Shown here piece after piece: positions 54,822 to 64,000 of a DNA stretch of 64,000 bases. The translations under genes and the position numbers were made by a program. Every line of letters starts with the position of its first letter. Positions within the stretch are counted from its first letter, which is position 1. Where the stretch lies: assembly GCA_035650755.1 (NCBI GenBank), contig DASRHB010000003.1:3005-67004 (forward strand), written 5' to 3'. Below the pieces are notes generated by a model that saw nothing but the letters and a program-made list of their open reading frames with translations, did not search any database and was not told where the DNA came from. The DNA comes from Candidatus Acidiferrales bacterium. Its GTDB lineage: Bacteria > Acidobacteriota > Terriglobia > Acidiferrales > UBA7541.

Positions 54822-57590
54822 GTGTCGCCACGCTCGTACACTTTATCTCCCCTGCAGGTTGGCTGCTGCGCCGCATTCCTGCTCCTCGTTGCGCTTCTTG
54901 CGCATTCCCAGGCGGAACAACAGCAGGATCGCATCCTCCGGGCCATCAACAATTCCGAGGTGAGGCTATTGCACGGCAATCTCCACCCTTTGGCGCGCCT
55001 CGAATTCGATCGCGGCAGGATGCCGGATTCGATGTCTTTGCCGCGGATCACGATGTTTTTTGCCCCTTCGCCTGCGCAACAAGCCGCGTTGGGCCAACTC
55101 CTATCCCAGCAACAGGATCCTTCCTCTCCGAATTACCACCGCTGGCTGACGCCTCGGGATTTCGGCGCGCGTTTCGGCCTCAGTACAAATGACCTCATTA
55201 AAATCACTACGTGGCTTCAGAGCCGCGGATTCGTCATTGAAGATGTGCCGGAAAGCCATAATGCGGTGAGTTTCTCCGGCTCAGGGGCCCAGGTGTCGGT
55301 CGCATTTGGCACGCAAATTCATCGCTATGTCGTAGACGGCCAGCAGCATTACGCGAACACCGCCGAGCCTTCATTGCCGGCCGCGGTGGCAGGGATTGTC
55401 TCCGCTATTACCGGACTGAATGATTTCCGGCCTCGTCCGGCGCTGGTGCGCCGCGATGCTGCGCAGCCGCAGCCTGATTTTACGGACGGCTCGACAAACC
55501 ACTTTCTCGCGCCGTCGGATTTCGGCGCGATCTATGATGTCAACCCGCTCTATAGCCGCGGAATTGATGGTACCGGCCAAAAAATCGCCGTGGCTGGCCA
55601 AAGCGACATTCAACTCGGCGATATTCAGCAATTTCGCGCCTTGATGAACTTACCGGCCGTGAATCCGCAAATTCTGCTCGTGCCGGGATCGGCTGATCCG
55701 GGATTCGCGAACGGCGACTTCCAGGAAGCGGACCTCGACCTCGAATGGACAGGCGCCGTGGCCAGGAATGCCACGATTATCTACGTCAACTCGAGCAACG
55801 CCTGGTGGTCGCTGCAATACGCCGTCACCAACGACATTGCGCCCGTCATCAGCGTCAGCTATGGCGCATGCGAGCCGGACCTGGCGCCCTCGGAAGTGCA
55901 GATTTTTACGCAAATCGGGCAACAGGCAAACGCGCAGGGCCAGACGATCGTCGCCGCATCGGGCGATGCGGGCGCGGCCGCTTGCGATGCGCCCCTGGCC
56001 CAGCAAGCGACGCGGGGGTTAGCCGTGAGCATTCCGGCAAGCCTGCCCTACGCCACGGCTGTCGGAGGCAGTGAATTCAGTGAAGGCTCCGGGACCTATT
56101 GGAGCACAACAAATACCGCGAACAACAGCTCTGTGCTGTCCTACATTCCCGAGATCGGCTGGAATGACACTTCCTCCATCTACGGAATCGAGGCCACAGG
56201 CGGTGGTCCGAGCAAGCAATTCAGCAAGCCGATCTGGCAATCTGGTGCGGGGGTGCCTAATGATGGCGTGCGCGATGTCCCCGACGTGTCGCTGAATGCT
56301 TCCGCGAACCACGACGGCTACCTCGTGTGTGATGAGAGCTTTGATTCGAACTCGAAGACATTCACCCCGGTTTGCCCGAACGGCGCTTTTGGTGGTTTCA
56401 CTGCAGTTGGAGGTACATCGGCCGGAACCCCTGCGTTCGCTGCAATCGTGGCGCTGCTCAATCAAACCATGAATTCGCCGCAGGGAAACATCAACTACGC
56501 GCTCTATCAGCTCGCCGCGCGTTCGCCGAGCCCGCTTCACAACATCGCCATCGGCAATAACATCGTTCCGTGCCAGATGAATCCCCCGACGCCCAATTGC
56601 CCAACCAGCGGAGCGAGTGCCGGTGCGATGGGCTACAGCGCTGCTCCAGGCTACAACGTAGTGACGGGCCTGGGTTCAATCGACGCGAGTTTGCTCCTGA
56701 GCGATTGGACGACGGTGAATTTTCCGCCCGATTTCGATATGACAGTTTCACCGCCGAATCTCTCACTCACGCGTGGCACTCCGGCAACCGCGCAGATCAC
56801 CGTTACCGACGTCGGCGGCTTGAGCGGCACGCCCTCTTTTTCTTGCAGCGTTCCGGGGATTTTCGTTGCCGTAACGTGTTCGGTTGCACCGGCCTCAGCG
56901 GCTGCGAACGTCTTCACGCTCACCCTGACGAGCACCGGCAGCGCGGCCGATTTTCCTGCGGGGCCTCGCGGCGTGGGCTCTTGGCGAGCAGCGCCTGTTG
57001 CAGAGGCCATGACCCTCCTGTCGCACGAGCACTCGTTGACAGTCTGGGCTTTAATCACAATCGCGCTTTGCGCACTCGGCTGTTTGTCTACAACGGGGAA
57101 GCTGAAGCTGCTGCCGCTATTCGGCGCTGCTTTGTCCATTGCAGCGCTGATTGGCTGCGCAGGAGCGACCTCGGGCAGTTCTTCTAGCGCTGCGCGGATT
57201 GGCAATGCGCCGCTGTCGATCCAGCTTACGCCGCAGGCGGCGGTGCTCGGGCCCAATGGACACCAGCAGTTCACGGCCAACGTTGGGAATACATCGAATG
57301 CCGCCGTCAATTGGTCGATCACCCCAGCCGTCGGCAACGTCACTGTCGTGAACGCGTCAGAAATTGCGCCGGCCGGCGCATCCGCAGGCTCAGCGATTGG
57401 GCTTTACACCGCGCCTTCCACATTCACCGCGAATCAATCCGTAATCGTAACCGCGACCAGTGTCGCCGATCCCACCCGGCAGGCTTCCGCAAACGTTTTG
57501 CTGGTGGCCACGCAAGTGGGGAATATCCAGTTGACCGGCACCGTCAGCGGCAAGACCCACACGCTCTCGATACCGATCACCGTGAACTAG
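54822..57590 (+). CDS. S53 (sedolisin/kumamolisin-type) serine peptidase with Ig-like C-terminal extensions
   Basis: The pro-kumamolisin activation domain is YHRWLTPRDFGARFG...ITTWLQSRGF. The catalytic Ser motif is GGTSAGTPAFAAIVALL. The GTG at 54822 lies 5 nt after AGGAGG. The C-terminal tail is discussed in findings. Confidence 0.88.
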   Translation: MSPRSYTLSPLQVGCCAAFLLLVALLAHSQAEQQQDRILRAINNSEVRLLHGNLHPLARLEFDRGRMPDSMSLPRITMFFAPSPAQQAALGQLLSQQQDPSSPNYHRWLTPRDFGARFGLSTNDLIKITTWLQSRGFVIEDVPESHNAVSFSGSGAQVSVAFGTQIHRYVVDGQQHYANTAEPSLPAAVAGIVSAITGLNDFRPRPALVRRDAAQPQPDFTDGSTNHFLAPSDFGAIYDVNPLYSRGIDGTGQKIAVAGQSDIQLGDIQQFRALMNLPAVNPQILLVPGSADPGFANGDFQEADLDLEWTGAVARNATIIYVNSSNAWWSLQYAVTNDIAPVISVSYGACEPDLAPSEVQIFTQIGQQANAQGQTIVAASGDAGAAACDAPLAQQATRGLAVSIPASLPYATAVGGSEFSEGSGTYWSTTNTANNSSVLSYIPEIGWNDTSSIYGIEATGGGPSKQFSKPIWQSGAGVPNDGVRDVPDVSLNASANHDGYLVCDESFDSNSKTFTPVCPNGAFGGFTAVGGTSAGTPAFAAIVALLNQTMNSPQGNINYALYQLAARSPSPLHNIAIGNNIVPCQMNPPTPNCPTSGASAGAMGYSAAPGYNVVTGLGSIDASLLLSDWTTVNFPPDFDMTVSPPNLSLTRGTPATAQITVTDVGGLSGTPSFSCSVPGIFVAVTCSVAPASAAANVFTLTLTSTGSAADFPAGPRGVGSWRAAPVAEAMTLLSHEHSLTVWALITIALCALGCLSTTGKLKLLPLFGAALSIAALIGCAGATSGSSSSAARIGNAPLSIQLTPQAAVLGPNGHQQFTANVGNTSNAAVNWSITPAVGNVTVVNASEIAPAGASAGSAIGLYTAPSTFTANQSVIVTATSVADPTRQASANVLLVATQVGNIQLTGTVSGKTHTLSIPITVN

Positions 57591-57777
57591 CTAAACCCAA
57601 CGGCCTAAGCCAGCCCGTGCGGGCCGTGCGCCTATCCGAAAGCATTCCAAATGTTCTTGGCCATATCTCCTGGCCCTAGCCGTCCGCGGTATTGGCGAAC
57701 GCCACAAAATCGAGTCTCGAAATTCCCGACAGTCGAGTCGTACAGAGTCTCGGTCCCACCGGTGCTAATCTGTCCCC

Positions 57778-58872
57778 GTGGAGGGTGCCTTGGTTCATCG
57801 GAGGGCGCTTCGTCAGTGGGCGTTGGCGGCGGCCGGATGTTTTTTCGCACTCGCTCTCGTCAATCTGAGCCGTGCGCAAACAGCCCCGGCCCAGCCGGCG
57901 GAGAAACAGCAGGTGACCTCGGCTGAGCTCCGCCGGGCGATTGAAGAAATTCGCGCAGCGCCGCACCTAAATGCGGAATACGACTACATCATGACCGCGC
58001 GCGTGCGCCTGCTGCTCTTCTGGGCGGGGCAAGACGATGTGGGCGGCGGTTACATACGGCGTGGGTCGTTTACCGACCCTCCCGCTGCGTTCTTCCAAAT
58101 TGTCATGGGTTCGGACCCCGCTAAGGCGCCGCGAGCAATCAACCGCTGGGGCGCCGCGGTCGAACGCGTTCGGGAGAACGGAGCCGGCGACAATCCGGAG
58201 TCGAGCACGTTTTTCGGGTTCATGAAAGTTTATAACGGGAAATCAGTTTCCGAGATGCAGAAGGAGCTCGATCGAGAAAAGAGCGGCCACGCCTTTCTTT
58301 TTTCTGCGATTCTGAATCGGGCGGACAGGAACGAGAGTGTCGCAAAGTCCGTTCCTTTCGCGACCGATACGGATTTCAACATCCATCAACTGGATCAGGC
58401 TGAAGCCGTCGTATTCGACCAACTCGAGCATACCGAGGGGAAGGTCCGCAGCATGGCGCCCGGAGAATTCCGTTCCTGCGGGCGCCCCGAGGGCTTCCTT
58501 AGTTCGGTCGCGGAGCTGGTGGACGACGCTCTTGCGGGCCATAACACCCCCGAATCGCTCTGCTATGTGTACAACGGTCAGCTTTTTCGGTTAACGCTGA
58601 ACCGCGTCACTCCCGTGGAACGCGAAACGGTGAAGCTCTCTCTCAATGGGAAGCCGCAGCCGTACGTGCGCGAGTATCACAATTTGCTTCGCGCCCGGAT
58701 AGAAAACTTCAACGAAACGATGCACCAGGGCTCCAGCTTCGAGTTGCTCTTGGGAACAACCGGAGCTCTGCGAGGCGTGCCGGTGAAGATCGATTACCAG
58801 CCGAATTGGTGGTTCCAGGTCGAACTAAACCTGAAGACTCCCGAGCAATCCGACATCGCAGGGCTGCGCTAA
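57778..58872 (+). CDS. Secreted hypothetical protein
   Basis: 364-aa ORF with a GTG start and signal-like WALAAAGCFFALALVNLSRAQ. No family recognised. Confidence 0.5.
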   Translation: MEGALVHRRALRQWALAAAGCFFALALVNLSRAQTAPAQPAEKQQVTSAELRRAIEEIRAAPHLNAEYDYIMTARVRLLLFWAGQDDVGGGYIRRGSFTDPPAAFFQIVMGSDPAKAPRAINRWGAAVERVRENGAGDNPESSTFFGFMKVYNGKSVSEMQKELDREKSGHAFLFSAILNRADRNESVAKSVPFATDTDFNIHQLDQAEAVVFDQLEHTEGKVRSMAPGEFRSCGRPEGFLSSVAELVDDALAGHNTPESLCYVYNGQLFRLTLNRVTPVERETVKLSLNGKPQPYVREYHNLLRARIENFNETMHQGSSFELLLGTTGALRGVPVKIDYQPNWWFQVELNLKTPEQSDIAGLR

Positions 58873-59003
58873 CCAGCCCAGGCGCTCCCATCCGGCAATC
58901 GGAATTCCAGTATTTGTGCGACTCAGCAAAGTGGATTCACGTGTGTGCCAAGTCACTGACGCCCGGGATGCGGTGCCTTACAAGTGTGAACGGAGAAGGG
59001 CAA

Positions 59004-59153
59004 ATGGCTCGCGGGCTCGCATTTCAGAAACATGTCAGGGGGACGGTGGGCTTACCTGATCCTAATCTGATCTGGCTCGCCATCATCGCAGCCGCTGTCA
59101 TGCTTACGCATTATGTAGTGTTGAATTTCTTGGCGCGGCTGGTGCATCGGTGA
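59004..59153 (+). CDS. Possible 49-aa single-TM protein
   Basis: The ATG is preceded by GGAGAAGGG. One hydrophobic helix (LIWLAIIAAAVMLTHYVVLNFLA). It lies about 100 nt upstream of the hydrolase gene. No homology recognised. Confidence 0.3.
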   Translation: MARGLAFQKHVRGTVGLPDPNLIWLAIIAAAVMLTHYVVLNFLARLVHR

Positions 59154-59254
59154 CCGGCAGCTCGCCGACCTCGGCGAATCCGTCTTGACTCGCGGCGCGC
59201 CTGAGTGTAAATCTTCTGAAACCATCCCATCTGCCGCTAGAAAGGATCAATTTC

Positions 59255-60415
59255 ATGCTCATGCGCCATCCTCGGAAGCATCCTGCGCGGGCACTCCGCG
59301 GACCGGTGACGATCCTTGTCGCTGCGTCACTATTCTCGCTGCTGCCCGTTTCGGCCAGCTTCGCCCAGTATCCCCCCCTCCCGCAATTTCAGGAAACCTC
59401 GAAGAGCCCGAACTTCAAAGACGGAAAGGTGGTACTCGAGGAACGCCGCATTCGGGCGTATGCGTACCTTGGAGCCGATGAAAATATTATCCGGCAAACG
59501 GTCCAACGGATCGTGAGGCAGGAAGGCGACGCGCCCGGCGGCTGGGTCTACGAGTGGAGCGTCCTCGGCAAGTACTACGATGACCAGGGCGACGCGCTCC
59601 TCAAGACTGGGGCGCGGCGTGAAGCTCTCGACGCCTACATGACCTCGAGCGTCTACTACGCCCTCGCCTGGTTCCCAAAGGTCAACTCGGAACAGGAGGC
59701 CAAGGCCTACGACGCACAACTGCGCGTCTACCAGAAGGGCGGCAAGCTATTCGACGTGCCGCTGGAATTGGTGAAGGTGCCGTACAAGGACGGTTATATC
59801 ACCAGCTACCTGCATAAGCCGTTCGGCGTCAAGAAACCGCCGCTGGTCATCTGGTACGGCGGCGTCGACCAGTACAAAGCCAACCACTGGCGCCCGATTC
59901 AAGACATGCTGGCCAAGGGATTTGCCGTCGCCACGCTCGACCTGCCCGGCTTCGGCGAGAGCAGGCAGTGGGGCGCGGATCTCAAGGCGGAAGCCAATTT
60001 CGCCGCCCTCGAGACCTACCTGAAGCGGGAGGATATCGATACCCAGCGCATCAGTTTCTTCGGGCAAAGCTATGGCGGAGCCGCGTCGTTGCGCGCGGCG
60101 CTGCGAAACGACCCGCGCGTGAAAGCGATCGTGGCGATGTGTGCAGGGCTGCACTTGGGCGAGAAGAATTCGTTGGCGCCTGACGCAAAACCCGGAGACA
60201 AGCTGATCAACGGACCCCTACTCGTGGTCAACGGCACGCGCGATCCCGGCAATCCCGTCCCGGACCTGATGTCGACCTACCAGGCGGCGAAGCAGGGCGA
60301 TCTATGGCTGCTCGGCCGCGGCGAGCATTGCGCGGTGGAGTACTATCCAATCGTGATACCACAAATGGCCGACTGGCTGATGGAGAAAATCGAGCCGCGT
60401 TCGCCGCATTCCTGA
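59255..60415 (+). CDS. Secreted alpha/beta hydrolase (FrsA/DUF1100-like esterase)
   Basis: Signal peptide, then PPLVIWYGGVDQYK...LDLPGFGES and the nucleophile elbow GQSYGG. There is a late GEH (His) region. Confidence 0.8.
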   Translation: MLMRHPRKHPARALRGPVTILVAASLFSLLPVSASFAQYPPLPQFQETSKSPNFKDGKVVLEERRIRAYAYLGADENIIRQTVQRIVRQEGDAPGGWVYEWSVLGKYYDDQGDALLKTGARREALDAYMTSSVYYALAWFPKVNSEQEAKAYDAQLRVYQKGGKLFDVPLELVKVPYKDGYITSYLHKPFGVKKPPLVIWYGGVDQYKANHWRPIQDMLAKGFAVATLDLPGFGESRQWGADLKAEANFAALETYLKREDIDTQRISFFGQSYGGAASLRAALRNDPRVKAIVAMCAGLHLGEKNSLAPDAKPGDKLINGPLLVVNGTRDPGNPVPDLMSTYQAAKQGDLWLLGRGEHCAVEYYPIVIPQMADWLMEKIEPRSPHS

Positions 60416-60513
60416 CTCCCTTAGCCCGTGGCGATGGAATACCCGTGCGGACGGAATAAAAGGAGAGCCCCGTCGGATGCATAGGTCCGAGAGTTTTTCG
60501 CGGCGCATTAGTA

Positions 60514-61323
60514 TCAGAATGGATTCAGCGCGCGTGAAGAAAAGACAAACGCGATGGCTACTTTAGTGGGCACCGGCTTCCCATCGCGCGTGGCCGCCTG
60601 AAATTTCCAGTGCTTTGCGGCGTTCACCGCCAGCTTCCCAAAATCTCCCGGAAGATCTCGAAGAATGCTGACGCCGCCAGCCGAGCCATCCGTCTTTACC
60701 GTGGCCTGTACGATGACCGCGCCCATGGCAATGGTGCTTGCCGGATATGCGGCATACGTGGCGGAGAGAATCCCCGCAGGCGTAAACCCCTGCCGCTCGC
60801 CAGCCGGCTCTTTCGCCGGCAATACAGGCCTGAATGGCGGCTCATTCGCCACGTATACCGAATGGCGGAAGACGAACGCGACCAACATCTCCGCATTTTC
60901 GCCGGTGCCATTCACGGCCGCGGGCGCGAATTTCCACCCCCGAAGCGATTGCTCCGCTGCGGCTGTAAATGGCGGCACATCTTGCAGCACGGCGATGTGG
61001 CGGATCTGCCCTTCGGGGCCTATCGACACGTTGAAAACTACGATTCCATCGTTTGGTGTTTCGAACGGAAACTGCACGTCTGCAGCCGAGACTGCGCTGG
61101 CGGGTTTGTAGGGGTTTGCCGCCCTATTCTGAGCCGGCGATTGCTCGCCACGCGACTCCCGGGGCGCATTCGTCTGGCCAGGCGTGGTCTTCGCCCGCGA
61201 ATCTTCGCTCGCGTTTTGTCGCCCTGATGCCAGAATACCCGGAACTTTGACGACGCACAGCCACAGTCCGGCAGCGAGCATAAGATTCGCCGCCGCAATC
61301 AGGCGCATTGGTTTCCCATTCAT
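60514..61323 (-). CDS. Anchored protein with two tandem TonB_C-like domains
   Basis: N-terminal helix LIAAANLMLAAGLWLCVV, then two modules ending ...AAEQSLRGWKFAPAAVNG...VAFVF and ...AVNAAKHWKFQAATRDGKPVPTKVAIAFVF. GGGAGG RBS. Confidence 0.6.
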   Translation of the reverse strand: MNGKPMRLIAAANLMLAAGLWLCVVKVPGILASGRQNASEDSRAKTTPGQTNAPRESRGEQSPAQNRAANPYKPASAVSAADVQFPFETPNDGIVVFNVSIGPEGQIRHIAVLQDVPPFTAAAEQSLRGWKFAPAAVNGTGENAEMLVAFVFRHSVYVANEPPFRPVLPAKEPAGERQGFTPAGILSATYAAYPASTIAMGAVIVQATVKTDGSAGGVSILRDLPGDFGKLAVNAAKHWKFQAATRDGKPVPTKVAIAFVFSSRALNPF

Positions 61324-61504
61324 AGCGGAGCCGCCTCCCAGACGGTCCTGCCAATATCATCGGCCCACTCAGGCCACCTATACTTCATTCTGGTAATTTA
61401 GATGCGGGGGCTGAACCCAATAATAACGCGGTTTTGCCTAATCGCGTAACAGGCGGATAGGCGCCGTGTTTTCAGCGGAAACGCATAACTTCCGACGCAT
61501 AACG

Positions 61505-62596
61505 ATGATATCGAGGAAAAGCAGTGCAGTCGCAGCCCTGGTTGTTGCAGCGGCCCTGTGGGGTTGCAGCCGCCCTCGAGACGCCGCATGGTCGTTTGCG
61601 ACTCGCCGTCCATGGATACTGGCAGGCGATTCGCAGGCGCTCACACCAGCCGTCAACCGCAACGTGGTCTTCTTCTGCGGCGGCTACGCGGAAAGGCAGC
61701 AGTCCCGAGTCTATGCCCTCGACCTCTCTACCGGAAAACCAAAATGGCAATTCAACATCGGCAATTGCGCTTCGCCTCCGCTGCTCGCCAGTGATGTAGT
61801 GGTCGCTTTTGGTTTTGCTGGGCAACGCGATCGGATTCTGGTGTACGGACTGCTCACCGATTCGGGCCGGCAAAAATGGAAGATTGAACTGCCAGGTAAT
61901 CCGCACCCGCCGGCGCCCGCCGTCGTCGGCGACATTATATTTTTTGCGCCGGTATCGCGCAGCATGTTGCGCATCGATGCGCGCGACGCATCTGTGCAGA
62001 CCTTTGACATCGATCCTGACCTGACCGTCGCAGCGGAAAATTTTTGGGTTGTCGCTGCTCCGGGCGAGGCGATTTTCGGTTACGGCAAATCTTTCTGGCG
62101 GGCGAAACTCGATCGTGAAATCCCGCAAGAGGGACCCAGCCTTAGCGAGCCCGCGGCCAATCCATCTGCCGTCGCGTCCGACGGCCACAGCTTGCTCTTC
62201 GCCGATGAGGATGGAAACTTACGCGCCTTTGATCTGGGGAAGGGAACCGTCGTCTGGCGCCGTCACTGGAATAAAATCGCCAGCGCGCCCGTGCTCGCCG
62301 ACGGCAAAGTTTTCCTCAGTATTTATGATCAGAAATATGCGCTTGTGGCGCTTGCGCTCAGCTCGGGCCAGGAACTTTGGCGCGTCCCCCAGGGAGGCGC
62401 CTGCCCGCCGTATTGGGATTCCACGCGTCTCTATGCTGCCGCCGGAAATGCTGTTCTGCGGCTGAATGGCGAGAGCGGGAAGCTTGACTGGCGATTTAAT
62501 GCTCCGTCACAGGTCACAACGGCGCCGATACCGGTCGGCAATTTCGTTCTCTTTGGCACCGTTCAGGGCGCGCTTTACGCCGCCAAAGCACAATAG
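61505..62596 (+). CDS. PQQ-like (BamB-type) beta-propeller lipoprotein
   Basis: Lipobox ALWGC|S. It has repeated G.(V/L).A.D..TGK..W-type blades (YALDLSTGKPKWQF, AFDLGKGTVVWR, LNGESGKLDWRF). I prefer the ATG at 61505. Confidence 0.75.
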   Translation: MISRKSSAVAALVVAAALWGCSRPRDAAWSFATRRPWILAGDSQALTPAVNRNVVFFCGGYAERQQSRVYALDLSTGKPKWQFNIGNCASPPLLASDVVVAFGFAGQRDRILVYGLLTDSGRQKWKIELPGNPHPPAPAVVGDIIFFAPVSRSMLRIDARDASVQTFDIDPDLTVAAENFWVVAAPGEAIFGYGKSFWRAKLDREIPQEGPSLSEPAANPSAVASDGHSLLFADEDGNLRAFDLGKGTVVWRRHWNKIASAPVLADGKVFLSIYDQKYALVALALSSGQELWRVPQGGACPPYWDSTRLYAAAGNAVLRLNGESGKLDWRFNAPSQVTTAPIPVGNFVLFGTVQGALYAAKAQ

Positions 62597-62790
62597 TCAG
62601 TCCCACGCCGCTGCAGTCGCAGCCGGTCGTCGCATTTCTCTATCCGTGGCCCCTTAATTTGTTTGCTTTGTGCAACAACTAAACCGCTCTCATGACGAAC
62701 CCGACGTCGGCGAAAACGTTCGTTTTCGCTGCGAAAAGAGAGTTCCGAAGGGATTTGATTTTTCTGTGCCGTCGCCATGCTGATTGGATG

Positions 62791-63972
62791 TCAATGGGCG
62801 CTGGCCCGCTTGAACACGTCGGAGATCGAGGAGCGGACGTCATTTACGGCATTGTCTGAGCCGCCGTCGGAACCGGCGGTTTCCACCGGAATTGTCGCTC
62901 GGACTCTCGTTCCTTTTTCTGATGAATTGATCTGCAGTTCGCCGCCGAAATCGTTGATCCGCTCCCTCATTCCGCGCAGCCCCACACCCGGAGTTGCGCC
63001 AGCATTGATATCCGCAAGCTCGTCAGCTTCGATGCCGCGGCCCTGATCTTCGATTTCCACGACCAGTTCCTCTTCGCTTTGCGAGATTCGGATCGTGGCT
63101 GTCGAGCTTCCCGAATGCCGGTGAATGTTGACCAGGCACTCCTGAATCATACGGAAGATCATCGTTTCCAGTTCTGCCGCAAGGCGGGCCGAAGTGTTCA
63201 GGTCCAGAGTTACTTTGATGCCGCTGCGTTTTTGGAAACCGTCGATGTACCAGCGCACCGCAGAGCCCAGGCCGAGTTCATCCAGCAAAGGTGGATGCAA
63301 CAAATAAGAGATGGTTCGCAACTCATCTGAGATTTGCCGGGCCGTTTCGATCGCCAACGCGAGCCGGCGAGCGGTAGGAGCATCGCGGGTTGCCAATTCG
63401 CGCTCGATTCCCGCGAGCTCTAGCTTCAGCGCTGTGAGCGCCTGGCCGGTGCTGTCGTGCAGGTCGCGCGCTATGCGCCGCCGTTCATCGTCCTGTACGC
63501 GGAGCAGCCGCGCCGAAAGATCACGAAGATCCTGATTGATTTGCTGCAGCTGAGCAGTGCGCTGGCGAACGCGGAACTTCAGTTGCATCCGCGACCGGAG
63601 CAGCACCTCATGCACGTGGCCCAGCCGAAGCCACGATCTGCGCCCGGCTTCGCCCATTGCGATAATCGCACCAGCGAAAACAAGAAACAGGACTTCGCCC
63701 ACGATCTCGCGTTCAGAGTATTGTCCTAACGGCAGATACGGAGAGACGAAGAGCACGTTCGCGGCAGTCACGCCTGCGATTGTCGAGACGATCGCCGGGC
63801 CCAATCCGCAATACCATGCGGCGAAAACCGTTGCGGCAGAAATGCTCACGTAATGCATTGATCCGCCGAGGATGGGCTGGAAGACCGACCGTAATCCCAA
63901 GGCTGCAGCCATCGCGAGCAGTGCGACTGTGTAACGCTTCGCCTTGCTTCCTTGCAGAGGGTGCAGCGACAC
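62791..63972 (-). CDS. Membrane sensor histidine kinase (DUF4118-like TM domain, HisKA_3, HATPase_c)
   Basis: The N-terminus has 3-4 helices. LLRVQDDERRRIARDLHDSTGQ is the HisKA_3 H-box, followed by ECLVNIHRHS, DQGRGI and GVGLRGMRER. GTG start at 63972. No cognate regulator lies inside the window. Confidence 0.85.
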   Translation of the reverse strand: MSLHPLQGSKAKRYTVALLAMAAALGLRSVFQPILGGSMHYVSISAATVFAAWYCGLGPAIVSTIAGVTAANVLFVSPYLPLGQYSEREIVGEVLFLVFAGAIIAMGEAGRRSWLRLGHVHEVLLRSRMQLKFRVRQRTAQLQQINQDLRDLSARLLRVQDDERRRIARDLHDSTGQALTALKLELAGIERELATRDAPTARRLALAIETARQISDELRTISYLLHPPLLDELGLGSAVRWYIDGFQKRSGIKVTLDLNTSARLAAELETMIFRMIQECLVNIHRHSGSSTATIRISQSEEELVVEIEDQGRGIEADELADINAGATPGVGLRGMRERINDFGGELQINSSEKGTRVRATIPVETAGSDGGSDNAVNDVRSSISDVFKRASAH

Positions 63973-64000
63973 TGTCCGCGTTACTGCTTGGCGATCGAAC

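Overview
This is a GC-rich bacterial chromosomal segment, densely coding on both strands, with about 55 supportable protein genes. I recognised no rRNA, tRNA, CRISPR array, transposase, integrase or phage gene. The gene content points to an Acidobacteriota-type genome, but that assignment is inference only. It rests on a 1.2-kb-class carboxypeptidase-regulatory-domain TonB-dependent receptor, a CadC-like wHTH-TPR regulator, an S53 sedolisin, BNR/Asp-box and DUF4382 proteins, and many secreted or lipoprotein hypotheticals.

Recognisable functions:
- trehalose-6-phosphate synthase (otsA)
- a SoxCD-type sulfite dehydrogenase pair
- an MdtB/C-like RND pump
- a HupE/UreJ-like metal permease
- an eight-CxxCH cytochrome c
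- a Cys/Met-family PLP enzyme
- two HisKA_3 histidine kinases, a NarL-type regulator and a stand-alone CheY
- a VOC/glyoxalase protein, a SYLF protein and an FrsA-like hydrolase

I found no defence-island, mobile or toxin-like system, so the window looks like ordinary, though hypothetical-rich, chromosome. The items most worth a second look are unusual domain architectures and local oddities:
- a PilZ-TM-TonB_C fusion in a two-gene module
- an OtsA carrying a sensor-like TM-periplasmic-TM-HAMP N-terminus
- an orphan ThiS/MoaD-like small protein ending in Gly-Gly
- a Crp/Fnr gene broken by two compensating frameshifts
- an octahaem cytochrome whose signal peptide is only encoded if translation starts at ATT
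- a HupE-like permease translationally coupled (ATGA) to an unknown anchored protein
- an adaptor-less RND pump

All function calls come from my reading of the translated ORFs against remembered family signatures. Start codons were refined by eye from Shine-Dalgarno spacing and signal peptides and remain uncertain by a few codons.
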